Below, piece after piece: positions 49,301-61,734 of a stretch of DNA of 64,000 nucleotides (the first letter of the stretch is position 1; every line of letters begins with the position of its first letter). The position numbers and the translations under genes are program-made. This DNA is from Macrostomum hystrix (taxonomy: Eukaryota; Animalia; Platyhelminthes): the NCBI GenBank assembly GCA_950097015.1, contig CATNEN010000039.1, positions 10,974,001 through 11,038,000 on the forward strand, given 5' to 3'. Below the pieces are notes generated by a model. It had not been told where the DNA came from. It ran no database searches and saw only the letters and a list, made by a program, of their open reading frames with translations.

Positions 49301-50611
49301 AACCTCCAAGGCACAGAAGGGTGTACACTGCCTGACAATGAGAAAGTCAGGGCAGAGGTACACACTTGTGTGAGCGAGTGCTGTCAAGAGTCAGCGAAAT
49401 GTCTATTGTCACCTAATATTGTGCCCGTGCGCACAGCAATTATTATTATTATTATTATTATTATCATTAGCAATCCTACCTTCCTCTGGCCAGCCTCGTC
49501 AGTCACTGTCTGCCAATCAGACGCATCGCTGCTATAGCTGACTGAGTAGGTGCTGACCCAGTCGTTGCCGTCGCCGCGACCCTGGGTCATGACCCCCGTG
49601 ACCGTGGCCTCGACCCCCAGGTCGACCTGGACCCACTCGGAGCCACTCTTGAACTGGGCGCACCAGGCCACTCCGTCGGGTCCGTACAGCCTGGCGTGCT
49701 TGGCCTGGCAGCTGCCGCCGCGCGAGTATTTCTCCGGAAAGCTTGAGGAAGCCGTGATCTGCCAGTCGCGAATTTCCCCAGAGATCAGGCCGAGCGGTCC
49801 GTCCTGGTCGCCGCAGTTGATCCCGGCTGAGCCTGGGATTAGAGAGGCCAGCTCTAGATGCTCTTACCCCTTGATACGAAAATTCTTATTTCTAGATATG
49901 ATGCTACTTATCTCTAGATACGATTCTTCTTATCTCTAGATACGATTCTTCTTATCTCTAGATATGCTTCTTCTTATCTCTAGATATGCTTCTTCTTATC
50001 TCTAGATATGCTTCTTCTTATCTCTAGATATGATTATTCTAATATCTAGATATGATTATTCTAATCTCTAGATACGATTCTTCTTATCTCTAGATATGAT
50101 TCTTCTTATCTCTAGATATGAGTCTTCTTATCTCTAGATATGATTCTTCTTATCTCTAGATATGATTCTTCTAATCTCTAGATATGAGTCTTCTTATCTC
50201 TAGATATGATTCTTCAGGTCTCTAGATATGATTCTTCTAATCTCTAGATATGATTCTTCTAATCTCTAGATATGATTCTTCTAATCTCTAGATATGATTC
50301 TTCTTATCTCTAGATATGATACTGAATTATCTGTCGATATAAACCTTCGTATCCCTAGATATTCTGTCCCTAGATATTCTGTCCCTAGATATTCTGTCCC
50401 TAGATATTCTGTCCCTAGATATTCTGTCTACATGAGACTACAGCCTGAAGCTATTCCAAATCAATTGAAAACTTCGCATTTTACGAAAGGCCTTCAAAAT
50501 ATTGATTTCTTTCCACCCTAATTAAGAATCAACAGAACCAGGTTGATTACCTTCCACGGAAGAGATTAGGATCGCCCAGCTCAACCAGAGTGTCGCAATC
50601 AATTTCGGCAT
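43395..50611 (-). CDS. Secreted protein with signal peptide + 2 discoidin (F5/8 type C) domains + F-type-lectin-like domain, ~546 aa (exons 50551-50611, 49480-49832, 48691-48829, 47314-47454, 46747-46919, 45589-46045, 44901-45061, 43395-43550)
   Basis: Signal peptide MPKLIATLWLSWAILISSVEG. Discoidin motifs QITASS…AWCA…WVQVDLG…VTGVMTQGR…ARFVRLHP…LRLEILGC occur twice. The lectin-like domain reads NLAYNKPA…WLVDL…CAKPMHGRFVYI…LCNLRVY. Phases are consistent and the total is 1641 nt. Confidence 0.85.
43640..44900. repeat. 13-bp minisatellite (ggaacagacaccc), split by a solo LTR
   Basis: Arrays at ~43640-43791 and 44582-44900. Confidence 0.93.
43792..44581. mobile_element. Solo LTR, 790 bp, Gypsy-type 4-bp TSD
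   Basis: Termini TGTGGTGA…TCATCACA are near-inverted and TG…CA. TSD CTCG at 43788-43791 and 44582-44585. AATAAA is present on the minus strand. Confidence 0.85.
45270..45555 (-). repeat. Dispersed intronic repeat, copy 2
   Basis: Homologous to 7440-7700 (opposite strand) and to 49215-49430. Confidence 0.75.
47040..47305. repeat. ~21-bp intronic minisatellite (gggatttgagggatgacacca)
   Basis: Degenerate tandem repeat. Confidence 0.9.
48270..48660. repeat. ~22-bp intronic minisatellite (gagggaattcccatagacaaaat)
   Basis: Degenerate tandem repeat with a palindromic gggaattccc core. Confidence 0.85.
48975..49470 (-). repeat. Dispersed intronic repeat, copies 3 and 4, with (ATT)n
   Basis: aaggcac…gtg(c/t)acactgcctgac…gagaaagtcag…tgtgag appears at ~49000-49070 and ~49305-49380. 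Confidence 0.72.
49888..50430. repeat. 22-bp (ttatctctagatatgattcttc) and 15-bp (ccctagatattctgt) minisatellites in intron 1 of the discoidin gene
   Basis: Direct tandem repeats. Confidence 0.95.
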
Positions 50612-51164
50612 TTTAGTCGACAATCGATTTCGAAGTTGCAAAAAGAATACAATGCACAGTCACTGCGATGCTTGAAATCAAGCTATTTATCTATTTATGC
50701 AGTTGTGCAGACATGGGAGCCGCCCACACGGCACCTAGCACAATTCTCAGCATGCAGCCAGAAGAAGATCAAGAGGCTTTTAACGCGGGCCACCCTAAAA
50801 TGGATCTGGCAAATGCGCAGAGGCACCTTGGCATTGAGGAGCCAATGAAGACTGAACTCGAAAATATAGCTGGGCCTTCATTTTAGCTGCCATGGGGGGC
50901 AGATGTAGCAATGGGCCATAGATAGACCATTCCATTAGGACTTAGCGAGCCTGGTTTGCTATTCTTCGCAAATATTTTAGCCGACAAAAGCAAAGATTGC
51001 CTAGCTGACACATCCAATCAAAGCAACAGGGCATCATGGGACTGTCAAACCCAGTCATTTGCGGGAGGATCACTTACCACCTATGGCTGCTTGCTTTGTC
51101 TGTTTGTTCTGCTTGTCTGCGTTCTGAATCATTTCGCTAGATTGTCTCTTCCGATTTTCGGTTG

Positions 51165-52400
51165 TGTTTAAGTGTGTTTGTCTGTTGTTTGTGTGTGTTT
51201 GTCAGTTCTGTGTGTGTGTTTGTCAGTTCTGTGTGTTTGTCAGTTCTGTGTGTTTGTCAGTTCTGTGTGTTTGTCAGTTCTGTGTGTGTGTTTGTCAGTT
51301 CTGTGTGTTTGTCAGTTCTGTGTGTTTGTCAGTTCTGTGTGTGTGTTTGTCAGTTCTGTGTGTTTGTCAGTTCTGTGTGTGTGTTTGTCAGTTCTGTGTG
51401 TTTGTCAGTTCTGTGTGTTTGTCAGTTCTGTGTGTTTGTCAGTTCTGTGTGTTTGTCAGTTCTGTGTGTGTGTTTGTCAGTTCTGTGTGTTTGTCAGTTC
51501 TGTGTGTGTGTTTGTCAGTTCTGTGTGTTTGTCAGTTCTGTGTGTGTGTCAGTTCTGTGTGTTTGTCAGTTCTGTGTGTTTGTCAGTTCTGTGTGTTTGT
51601 CAGTTCTGTGTGTTTGTCAGTTCTGTGTGTGTGTTAGTCAGTTCTGTGTGTGTGTTTGTCAGTTCTGTGTGTGTGTTTATCAGTTCTGTGTGTGTTTATC
51701 AGTTCTGTGTGTTTGTTTGTCAGTTCTGTGTGTTTGTTTGTCAGTTCTGTGTGTGTTTATCAGTTCTGTGTGTGTTTATCAGTTCTGTGTTTGTTTGTCA
51801 GTTCTGTGTGTTTGTTTGTCAGTTCTGTGTGTTTGTTTGTCAGTTCTGTGTGTGTGTTTATCAGTTCTGTGTGTGTGTTTGTCAGTTCTGTGTGTGTGTT
51901 TGTCAGTTCTGTGTGTGTGTTTGTCAGTTCTGTGTGTTTGTCAGTTCTGTGTGTTTGTCAGTTCTGTGTGTGTGTTTGTCAGTTCTGTGTGTTTGTCAGT
52001 TCTGTGTGTGTGTTTGTCAGTTCTGTGTGTTTGTCAGTTCTGTGTGTTTGTCAGTTCTGTGTGTGTGTTTGTCAGTTCTGTGTGTTTGTCAGTTCTGTGT
52101 GTTTGTCAGTTCTGTGTGTGTGTTTGTCAGTTCTGTGTGTGTGTTTGTCAGTTCTGTGTGTGTGTTTGTCAGTTCTGTGTGTTTGTCAGTTCTGTGTGTT
52201 TGTCAGTTCTGTGTGTTTGTCAGTTCTGTGTGTTTGTCAGTTCTGTGTGTGTGTTTGTCAGTTCTGTGTGTTTGTCAGTTCTGTGTGTGTGTTTGTCAGT
52301 TCTGTGTGTGTGTTTGTCAGTTCTGTGTGTGTGTTTGTCAGTTCTGTGTGTGTGTTTGTCAGTTCTGTGTGTGTGTGTTTGTCTGTTGTTTGTGTGTCCC
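51165..52400. repeat. 17-21-bp minisatellite (ttgtcagttc(tg)n)
   Basis: Direct tandem repeat; it explains the long Cys/Val pseudo-ORFs. Confidence 0.97.
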
Positions 52401-52409
52401 ATATTGTTT

Positions 52410-53092
52410 GTCCCATACCAACTATCCCACACCAACTATCCCACACCAACTATCCCACACCAACTATCCCATACCAACTATCCCACACCAACTATCCCAC
52501 ACCAACTATCCCATACCAACTATCCCACACCAACTATCCCACACCAACTATCCCATACCAACTATCCCACACCAACTATCCCACACCAACTATCCCACAC
52601 CAACTATCCCATACCAACTATCCCATACCAACTATCCCACACCAACTATCCCATACCAACTATCCCATACCAACTATCCCACACCAACTATCCCACACCA
52701 ACTATCCCATACCAACTATCCCATACCAACTATCCCACACCAACTATCCCATACCAACTATCCCATACCAACTATCCCATACCAACTATCCCACACCAAC
52801 TATCCCATACCAACTATCCCACACCAACTATCCCACACCAACTATCCCATACCAACTATCCCACACCAACTATCCCATACCAACTATCCCATACCAACTA
52901 TCCCACACCAACTATCCCACACCAACTATCCCACACCAACTATCCCACACCAACTATCCCACACCAACTATCCCATACCAACTATCCCACACCAACTATC
53001 CCACACCAACTATCCCATACCAACTATCCCATACCAACTATCCCACACCAACTATTCCACACCAACTATCCCACACCAACTATCCCATACTA
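52410..53092. repeat. 14-bp minisatellite (ccacaccaactatc)
   Basis: Direct tandem repeat. Confidence 0.97.
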
Positions 53093-53699
53093 ACATTACA
53101 TATCCAAAACCCTCGCCAGAGCAAGTTGTATCTGATACTATTACCAACGTGTTTTCAGTTGAACACAAGTAACCTCTTTCTGAGAAAATAAAAAATTCAG
53201 AGTTTTTGCTTTAGTTTTTCAGGTTTATTTATAAAAGAAAATGAGTTTTGCATGCAAAAGGAGACCAACAACTTTTGAAAAGGTGCTTTGAGCGGCTCTA
53301 CCAACGCCAAGCTGAAATTTCAGGCTATGAGCTGTTTTTTGCAGAAAATACGATTTAAAACCAATCAAAATTAAGAAGCTAAAGCGTAGAAGTTATGTAC
53401 AGATAAAACAATTCGACAGCCCTTGTCAATGCTTGTCAATCATCTCGCCAGTGTCACAGGTAGAATGACGCGGACTCAAACTCAAACCCACGGCCTCCAC
53501 CGCGGAAGCCTCCATCGGTGGGGCTGGAGTCGAAGTCCAGTCTGTCCAGCGCGTCTAAGTTCAGCAGCTGCTCGCCAGTGGACTCGCCAAAGTCGTCGAA
53601 AGCGTTCCGAATCCGTTCGCGAGACGATGTGCTGAGTGCATTCTGGCTGGCGTCCATGCCGGCGTCTGGGAGAAGCAAAAAGTGGGATTCCGAATCAGA

Positions 53700-54172
53700 A
53701 TATGGGATGTGGGATTAGGGATGTGGGTATGGGATGTGGGATATGGGATGTGGGATATGGGATGTGGGATATGGGATGTAGGGTATGGGATTCGGGATAT
53801 GGGATGTAGGGTATGGGATGTGGGATATAAGATGTAGGGTATGGGATTTGGGATATGGGATGTAGGGTATGGGATGTGCGATATGGAATTTGGGATATGA
53901 GATTTGGGTTATGGGATGTGGGATATGGGATGTGGGATGTAGGGTATGGGATGTGGGATATGGGATTTGGGATATGAGATTTGGGTTATGGGATGTGGGA
54001 TATGGGATGTAGGATATGGGATGTAGGATATGGAATGTAGGATATGGGATGTGGGATATGAGATGTAGGGTATGGGATGTGGGATCTGGTATGAAGGATA
54101 TGGGATGTGGGATATAGGATGTAGGGTATGGGATATGTGATTTGGGATGTCGTATATGAGATGTGGGATATT
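53700..54172. repeat. 7/14-bp G-rich satellite (gggatat/gggatgt)
   Basis: Degenerate tandem repeat. Confidence 0.95.
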
Positions 54173-55404
54173 GTATTCAGTATACAGTTGCATCACCCTT
54201 GAACAAGCAGCTTGTGGTGTTGAGATCCACCCAGCAATGCGGCAGCTGCAGCTGATGGCTTGACACCCGGTGCAGACTGACTGACGATCTTCGCCTCGAA
54301 GATGCCAGGGAACTCGACTCCGGCTCTACACTCTGCCGCCGCCTCTGCCACAGCAGAATGCTCTGCTGCCTCAGTCTGCTGTTGTTGCTTCTGCTTGCAG
54401 CAGTTTTTTTTCTATTTCTGTGTCCGCTGTGAGCGCAGCCCATTTCGCATTCCTGAGTGTTGTTGGCCAGCCTTCCCAGCAACTGTAGCTGCGGGCTCCT
54501 GTGCCTCAATTTTTTATTCTGACAGTTTTATAACCGAAGCAAAAATCAATAGCGGCTTCAGTTTAACTTGAAGGCTGAACAAACACAATACCCCTAGCAG
54601 ATAGTTTGGTGCACTTCTGTGCCTCAATGCATGCATTCAGCGCATGACTGCGGCCATACTTGTAGTAGTAAATCTGTTTTTCTCGCCGTGTTTTTATTTA
54701 GTGCACTCTGAATTGCAATCCTAATTCCTAGATTTTCAAATAAATGACGAAATTCCTGTCTGGTTGTCTGTGTTTTCTGATTCTGTGCCTGACATTGTTT
54801 GATGAAATAAATCGATTGATTAAAAGAAACTTTGCCCTGATTTACAATTGACTAATTTTTATTTAGAATTTGTTTGAAGCAACTTGTCGATTTTTTTAAT
54901 ACTATAGTGCGCTTTTGAGAAAATGTCTAGTTTTGTGATTGATGAGTATTTGACTAACTTTGAAAATGACTAACTAGGAGTTTTTACATTGTGGAAAATT
55001 GTCAAATTTTGGGAAATTGTCAAATTTTGGAAATTTTAAAATATAGGGAAATTTGTCCCATTTCGGGAAATCGCCAAGTTTCACGAAAAATAAAAATTCA
55101 AGAGAAAAGACTCGGAAAAATCGTCTGCACGTCATGATTTCCAAATTTCATTGGCGTACGAAGTCTATGATTAAAAAAATTTTCTCTCATGGTGCTTATA
55201 AAGGCCTTTGAAGTGCATTATTTTTTTTAATTTTCATACAATAAGTCGACAAAAAATCTAGTTTTTTTATAAAATCTCGCGATTTTCACTGCGGCGTCAA
55301 TGTGACACCCACAATTCTGCTTAAAAAATATTAATTTCTGAGAGTCACCACTCGATGGCATCAATGCGCGACAAATATATACTAATTACTCACTTCCATT
55401 GCAC

Positions 55405-56045
55405 TTAGAGGATATGGGATGAAGGATATGGGGATGTAGGATATGGGATGAAGGATATGGGGATGTAGGATATGGGGATGAAGGATATGGGGATGTAGGA
55501 TATGGGGATGAAGGATATGGGGATGAAGGATATGGGGATGAATGATATGGGGATGTAGGATATGGGGATGAAGGATATGGGGATGTAGGATACGGGATGT
55601 AGGATATGGGATTTAGGATAGGATATGGGATATCCTACACATGTAGGATATGGGATTTCCACAAAGGATATGGGATGTGGGATATGGGATGTGGGATATG
55701 GGATGTGGGATATGGGATGTAGGGTATGGGATTTGGGATGTGGGGATGTAGGTTATGGGATGTAGGATATGGGATGTAGGGTATGGGATTTGGGATGTGG
55801 GATGTAGGGTATGGGATTTGGGATATGGGGATGTAGGTTATGGGATGTAGGATATGGGATGTAGGTATGGGATTTGGGATATGGGATGTAGGATATGGGA
55901 TGTGGGATATGGGATGTGGAATATGAGATGTGGGATCTGGGATGTGGGATCTGGAATGTGGGATTTGGTATGAGGGATTTGAGATGTGGGATCTGGGATG
56001 TTGGATTTGGAATGTTGGATATGGGATGTAAGAGATGGGATGCAG
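55405..56045. repeat. 7/14/15-bp G-rich satellite (gggatat/gggatgt)
   Basis: Degenerate tandem repeat of the same family as 53700-54172. Confidence 0.95.
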
Positions 56046-56659
56046 GAGGTATTGTTTTCAGCACAACAGTGCGACAGTTGCCGCTGATGGTTTGACACCC
56101 GGTCAGGATCTAGACTAGACAGATAGGTAGACGGAGTTCAGTTCTGATTTCACGTCTCTAGCACGTACCGTGGCCTCCAATCCCACCCGAGGGAGAGTTT
56201 TCCCTGCGGGGGTAAAAATACTACAGCAGTGATTGAGCACGGGCCCTATTTCTATGATCGTCAGTTGCTCAGATCAGCAAGAGGCACTCAGAGCCAGCCA
56301 GTCAGCTGGCCAGGTCAAGGGAAATAGGTATCGATTATAAAATTTAAAAAGTCTCTTCTTTAGCGTTTGCCTCTGAAATCAGCTGATTACCTGATCGCTA
56401 CTTCCTGACCGCTCAGCGCGGCCATGGCTGGCCCGGACTGCCGACTCAAGTGCAGCCTCCTGCTGGAGGTGCCCCCAATGTCTGGCTTCGGAACCTGCCA
56501 TACCGCTGGTAATGAGTCATATCTTTTGCCTTCTCTCTGTAACAACAATTGGATACTGCATAGCATTGTTTAACTGGCTGGCGATTAGTACTCAACAAGC
56601 TGCGACTCCACCACACCACACACTTCTCATCTCATGCGCCTACACATTTCCTATCCTGT

Positions 56660-57045
56660 CTCTTATTCTCCTCTCTCCTCTCTCCCCTCTTCTCTCTCCC
56701 CTCTTCCCTCTCCCCTCTCCTCTCTCCCCTCCCCTCTCCTCTCTCCCCTCCACTCTCCTCTCTCCCCTATCCCCTCTCCCCATTCTCCCCTCCCCTCTTC
56801 TCTCTCCCCTCTCCTCTCTCCCCTCTCCTCCTCTCTCCTCTCTCCCTTGTCCCCTCTCCCCTCTCTCCTCTCTCCCTTGTCCCCTCTCTCCTCTCTCCTC
56901 TCCCCTTTCTCCTCTCTCCTCTCACCCCTCCCCCTTCTCCTCTCTCCTCTCTCCCCTCTTCCCTCTCCTGTTTCCTCCCTCCTGTATCCTCTCTCCTCTC
57001 TCCTCTGTTCCCTCTCCCTTCTCTCCTCTCCTCTCTCCTCCAACC
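56660..57045. repeat. CT-rich low-complexity tract
   Basis: Near-pure polypyrimidine (ctctcc)n. Confidence 0.95.
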
Positions 57046-57724
57046 TGACTCACAATTCCTCTCTCACTCAAGTATTTTTCTTTGTAAACCCTTAGCAAAC
57101 ATTTTCCTTCTGTTCTGCCCTTTTCTAATATGCCTTTTCTCTCTCATCCAGTGCTCACTTTGTCCGTCTCTACCTCGCCTGTCGTGAGTGACATCTCGCC
57201 TCTGGGCAGCCCCGCCCAGTCTATATTTCATTGTGAGTTATCACATCAGTTACAAAGCGGCTACCACAGTAGGCCAAAGATTTTAGCCAGCAATAATTGA
57301 ATCAGCGAGTCTTGACGCCTGGTCAGTTAGTTGGACAAAGCCTTCAATCCCGGCTGATGCCTTCAAGGCCGATGTGATTAGCTAGCTTAGAGCCGCGCAA
57401 TGTGAACTTTTGACATAGAATAAATTTCGCAAGATACGATAAGCAAGTAAGCTACTGTTAGTAACACGATGAGTTTATGCGAACATAATTTATAGATTAG
57501 AAATTTTATTATACTATCGATTATTCGATAGGCGTTTCAATCGGTAGTACCTAGCATTAAGGAAGAGAGAGAATGCGAAATTCAAGTACATCTACCACTT
57601 GAAAATATTTTCGATGCTTTCAAATTTCCTCCAATAGCAGCAGAAAAAAAATTTAAATGCACTTCGTACAGCCCACAAAAAATTAAAACCCCCGTCATTA
57701 TGTCAATGCCCCAGTTAAAAAAAG

Positions 57725-58683
57725 CAATCTCACAGTTAGGCAACCAATCTCACAGTTAGACAATCAATCTCACAGTTAGACAATCAATCTCACAGTTAGA
57801 CAATCAATCTCACAGTTAGACAATCAATCCCACAGTTAGACAATCAATCTCACAGTTAGACAATCAGTCTCACAGTTAGGCAACCAATCTCACAGTTAGA
57901 CAATCAATCTCACAGTTAGACAATCAATCCCACAGTTAGACAATCAATCTCACAGTTAGACAATCAATCTCACAGTTAGGCAACCAATCTCACAGTTAGA
58001 CAATCAATCTCACAGTTAGACAATCAATCCCACAGTTAGACAATCAATCTCACAGTTAGACAATCAATCTCACAGTTAGACAATCAATCTCACAGTTAGA
58101 CAATCAATCTCACAGTTAGACAATCAATCCCACAGTTAGACAATCAATCTCACAGTTAGACAATCAATCTCACAGTTAGACAATCAATCTCACAGTTAGA
58201 CAATCAATCTCACAGTTAGACAACCAATCTCACAGTTAGACAATCAATCCCACAGTTAGACAACCAATCTCACAGTTAGACAATCAATCCCACAGTTAGA
58301 CAATCAATCTCACAGTTAGACAATCAATCTCACAGTTAGGCAACCAATCTCACAGTTAGACAATCAATCTCACAGTTAGACAATCAATCTCACAGTTAGA
58401 CAACCAATCTCACAGTTAGACAATCAATCTCACAGTTAGACAACCAATCTCACAGTTAGACAATCAATCCCACAGTTAGGCAACCAATTTCACAGTTAGA
58501 CAATCAATCTCACAGTTAGGCAACCAATCTCACAGTTAGACAATCAATCTCACAGTTAGACAACCAATCTCACAGTTAGACAATCAATCTCACAGTTAGA
58601 CAACCAATCTCACAGTTAGACAATCAATCTCACAGTTAGACAACCAATCTCACAGTTAGGCAACCAATCTCACAGTTAGGCAA
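57725..58683. repeat. 20-bp minisatellite, ~48 copies (caatcaatctcacagttaga)
   Basis: Direct tandem repeat. Confidence 0.98.
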
Positions 58684-59154
58684 GTAACTTACATTTAGGC
58701 AATTTTCCTACAAGACTATGCCCTATAATTTCGTCTGCCTGTCGTTGAAGTAACAGTTGCCTCATTGGTTTAGAAGCCTATGCATTTTTCTGGCCTCGTT
58801 CCTTTCATGAGCACAGTACTCCCAAGCTGTGCACAGTATTGTCAGGAGCTCAACCCGCAGCCTGAGTACATTAGCTGTGAGAGGCTGGCAGAACAAAGAT
58901 AAGCAATCATGTGAATTTGCTGCCTTTGTTAAGCAGGCTGGTTTGGTCGCTGTGCGAAATCAATCATTCATTAGGATGGAAAGTGAATTATTACCTGGTG
59001 TTGAGAATTTTTCTAGCGTGGGCACTGCCTAAGACTGGAAGAGAATTGCTGGCAGATTAATAACTATTTATTAGTACGTTTAGAGTCAATCACTAGAACG
59101 AGCTAGATTTTAAAGTGGATCCCTGGCAGATGAAGATTAAATTTTCAGAGTGCT

Positions 59155-59875
59155 TGTTGGTTTCCCCGAATGGCTGTTGGTTTCCACGAATGGCTGTTGG
59201 TTTCCACGAATGGCTGTTGGTTTCCACGAATGGCTGTTGGTTTCCACGAATGACTGTTGGTTTCTCCGAATGGCTGTTGGTTTCCACGAATGGCTGTTGG
59301 TTTCCACGAATGGCTGTTGGTTTCTCCGAATGGCTGTTGGTTTCCACGAATGGCTGTTGGTTTCCACGAATGGCTGTTGGTTTCCACGAATGGCTGTTGG
59401 TTTCCACGAATGGCTGTTGGTTTCCACGAATGGCTGTTGGTTTCCACGAATGGCTGTTGGTTTCCACGAATGGCTGTTGGTTTCCACGAATGGCTGTTGG
59501 TTTCCACGAATGGCTGTTGGTTTCCACGAATGGCTGTTGGTTTCCACGAATGGCTGTTGGTTTCCCCGAATGGCTGTTGGTTTCCGGCAGCGACAGTTCT
59601 ATTCTAGGAAATACAGTCGGTTTCCAGGAGTGACAGCTGGTTTCCAGGAGTGAATTTCGGTTTCAATGATTGAAGTTTGTATTCTTGGAGTGACAATTAG
59701 TTATCAGGAGTGACAGTTGGTTTACAGGAGTGACAGTTGGTTTACTGGAGTGACAGTTGGTTTACAGGAGTGACAGTCGTATTCCAGGAGTGACAGTCGG
59801 TTTCCAGGAGTGACAGTCGGTTTCCAGGAGTGGCAGTCGTATTGCAGGAGTGACAGTTGCTTTCCAGGAGTGAGA
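59155..59875. repeat. Two adjacent, related 20-bp minisatellites (tttccacgaatggctgttgg; tttccaggagtgacagtcgg)
   Basis: A homogeneous array at 59155-59585 is followed by a diverged array at ~59610-59875. Confidence 0.95.
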
Positions 59876-60699
59876 ATAAGAGTGAATCCACTAGTAGGTT
59901 TAGATTAAATCACTGTTAACATACAAAGCATGTATTCACGTGACAGGTTAACATTGTGACCAAGAAGTTCCTATTGATCATAAAACAGCAAAAGATAACA
60001 GTAACTGGTCAAGGGACATAATATTAGACCATTGGACACGGTAAGCCCTCGTTACATAAAAAAGTCTAAAACGACAGTCAAGATAGGATAGCTAAAGACG
60101 TAGATTAAAAGAACAGTCAAATTGATCGGGATGTGACAATACAGAGGCCCTGTCAGTGCTGGCAGATGGGGCACAGGTAGGGGAAGAGGGAGTCAGTGAG
60201 GATGCTGAGGCGGAGAACCGGTTAGAAACCCACGGCAGCAAATTGTATTTTTCTAGCATCCTCTGTGTGTGTGTGTGTGTGTGCGTGCTTTTTATATTGT
60301 CTAAAGCAGGTGAAACTCAGTGACTGGCTGGCTTGTAACGATTGTCTCTGCTCTTGGCATTGAGAAGACTCACGGCCTGACGAGTTAAAATGCCTGCTGC
60401 TGCTGCTGTTGCTTGTCTAGATTAACGCGAGAAAGCCTAAAAGAAAGATCAGAGACAATCCGCCGACTGCATAGCAACTACGAGCTAGCTAAGACATGGA
60501 CAAAGATTTTCTGCCAGAACTGCAGCAGCAGCAGCAGCAATACTTACCATTGTCCGGATCCTCCGCCGCTGTCGATATTCATCAGAGAAGTCGGCTAAGA
60601 CGACAGAAGACAATCGCAGGCTATGCTGCATACAGGAGGGCGGCTAACAGTGAGACTGCTCACACGCTTCACTGACTGTTAGGATGCACAACTCTCTTG

Positions 60700-61170
60700 G
60701 ATGGGATAGAGTGGATGGGATGGATTGGATGGGATAGAGTGTATGGGATACAGTGGATGGGACAGAGTGGATGGGATAGAGTGGATGGGATAGAGTGGAT
60801 GGGATGGATTGGATGGGATAGAGTGTATGGGATAGAGTGGATGGGATAGAGTGGATGGGATAGAGTGGATGGGATAGAGTGGATGGGACAGAGTGGATGG
60901 GATAGAGTGGATGGGATAGAGTGGATGGGATGGATTGGATGGGATAGAGTGTATGGGATAGAGTGGATGGGATAGAGTGGATGGGATAGAGTGGATGGGA
61001 TAGAGTGGATGGGACAGAGTGGATGGGATAGAGTGTATGGGATAGAGTGGATGGGATAGAGTGGATGGGATAGAGTGGATGGGACAGAGTGTATGGGATA
61101 GAGTGGATGGGACAGGGTGGATAGGACAGAGTGGATGGGACAGAGTGGAGAGTGGAGTGGAGTGGATAGA
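60700..61170. repeat. 14-bp G-rich minisatellite (gggatagagtggat)
   Basis: Direct tandem repeat. Confidence 0.96.
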
Positions 61171-61734
61171 GCATGCAGTCAGAGAGTTGCAGTTAGCAAA
61201 TGGGATTCCAAGTGCTCAGGTTGGCATTGAGTCGGTCAGCTAGTTGAAAAGTGGCAACATTCCCTAAGCGATTTGCTTTTTCTCATTTTTCTATTCGTTT
61301 TAATTCCCTTAATGACCTGCATTAGGCCTAGCTGCAGCGTGAAAAGTACTTTTGTGAGCTAAAACTAAGTTGAGTCAAGTTGCGCTGAAGCAAGCAGGAA
61401 TTAATGACTGCCACATTCTAATCCCTTCACTGCATCGGACCCACTAGCAGCGACATTGATTGAGCGAGATTTTGAAAACGGATTTACAAAGCCAGCATGA
61501 CAAGTTCGGGTAATGGACGCGCTCTTACAATGCCCCTTCGACAGACTGTTGCAGTCATTGGTCACCAGTAAAAAGCACTAGACATGTAGATAAGTTTTTA
61601 CATGCCAGCGCTGAAAATTTCGCGGTTCAGCAGCGTTTCTTGTTTACAAATCCAAAGAAAAGAATAATAACTAGACTTATCCTCTCACTTCACATGGAAT
61701 CGAAAGAAGAATACTTAGCAAGATATATTCCAAG

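Noticed and set aside
51162-53191. Long Cys/Val-rich ORFs (513-666 aa)
   Set aside because: They are translations of two adjacent stop-free minisatellites, open in all three frames.
56512-57095. Pro/Ser/Leu-rich and Glu/Arg/Gly-rich ORFs
   Set aside because: They are translations of a CT low-complexity tract.
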